From Mesotaenium endlicherianum (lineage: Eukaryota): a stretch of 36,908 nt of DNA. The DNA lies in contig WELA01002985.1 of NCBI GenBank assembly GCA_009602735.1, positions 192,418-229,325 on the forward strand. Direction: 5' to 3'. Both the position numbers and the translations under genes were made by a program. Within the stretch, counting starts at the first letter, position 1. The number at the start of each line of letters is the position of its first letter. The notes below the pieces were generated by a model. The model did no database searches, was not told where the DNA came from, and saw only the letters and a list, made by a program, of their open reading frames with translations. Positions 36,026 to 36,908 of this stretch are shown here, in pieces.

Positions 36026-36908
36026 CTGACAGTAATAAGCCTCGAAAGCAGTGCTAGAAAACTAAAGGACAGGGTCATGGTCTGGAAGGGAGCAGGTTTA
36101 TATTCTATTTTTGTCTCATGATAGGTTCTCGTGCATACTGCAGTCATGTCCTAGTTGCTCTGTAGGGGCACACAAAGGCATCGAGTTCCTCCAGAAGATG
36201 AGATATTACAAAATGTAGGGAACGATGAAGTAAGTGACAGCGAGTGGCGTCGTCTTTGGAGACGCATTGACAGTAGGTTATAAAAGGTTGGAATTAGACT
36301 GCTTGGTGGGCGCGTTAAGTTAACCAAGAACTATAATCGAAGGGTTTATTTACAGCATGTTCTGGAGCATTAAGGCCATGAGTTAGATCGCCAACATTAA
36401 TTTGCGCGTACATCATCAACAACTGGGTGGAGACCTTCTCTTTGGCAGCAGGGTCATACAGCACCGCAAGCTTGGAAAAAGCAAGTGAGCAGTAGTACGC
36501 CATAGTACATATTTCTTGTTTGGCTGATGATGGCCAGCAACCTTGCTAAGTGGTAGGCGAAGGAACACCGCGTGCCTTGCCCTTGCTGGGACCAGTTCAG
36601 CTATTGTATCATCTCACCTTTCTTCCTCTAGCAGCACTTCATATTCCCAGCTATGACTGTGTGCATAAACTTACTCCTTTTCCGTACGCCACGTGGCATC
36701 CTAGATCTGAGGGCAAGGATCTCGATTCTGCTGGAAGCCTAAAGAGTACCATGCAGTGAGGGATATGCAGCTTTGCTGCGAGGCCCAGGCATTCGTGGCC
36801 TTCGCCTTAGTCCCTGGGGGGGTGACTGTTTCCAACAAGTTTGTCATGACATGCCTTTGGTCAATGACAATGGGGGTGGGGAGGGGAGGGGAGGAGAAAA
36901 TTGGCCCC

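Noticed and set aside
1..36908. rRNA, tRNA, CRISPR array, transposase or reverse-transcriptase sequences
   Set aside because: None recognised on either strand; small ncRNAs cannot be excluded without a covariance-model search.

Overview
Eukaryotic, intron-rich, GC-rich nuclear DNA from a draft assembly with N gaps at 1912-2085, 2535, 3395-3890, 17874, 18421-18453, 26319-26559 and 27306-27917. Gene content suggests a green plant lineage, probably a streptophyte alga (inference). Two genes can be rebuilt exon by exon with consistent GT-AG junctions and phases: a 20-exon plant-type AMP deaminase (minus, 15335-30650) and a divergently transcribed 4-exon Mediator MED30-like gene (plus, 31466-34410). 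The most unusual element is a spliced plus-strand gene from 7117 in which about 1,070 aa of low-complexity sequence, starting with a transit-peptide-like region, is joined in phase to a bacterial HU/IHF histone-like domain whose DNA-binding arm cannot be found. A 449-bp apparently identical duplication (2086-2534 and 12149-12597) points to a chimeric assembly join that splits a disordered protein gene with repeated [STP]Y[AD][ED] motifs and probably replaces the 3' end of the HU gene. Also present are the 3' exons of an unrecognised multi-pass membrane protein (to 5307), a weakly supported minus-strand spliced unit at the right end, and many microsatellites. Several AMPD introns have C-rich 5' ends and G-rich 3' ends that can base-pair. 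No rRNA, tRNA, CRISPR array or recognisable transposon was seen.
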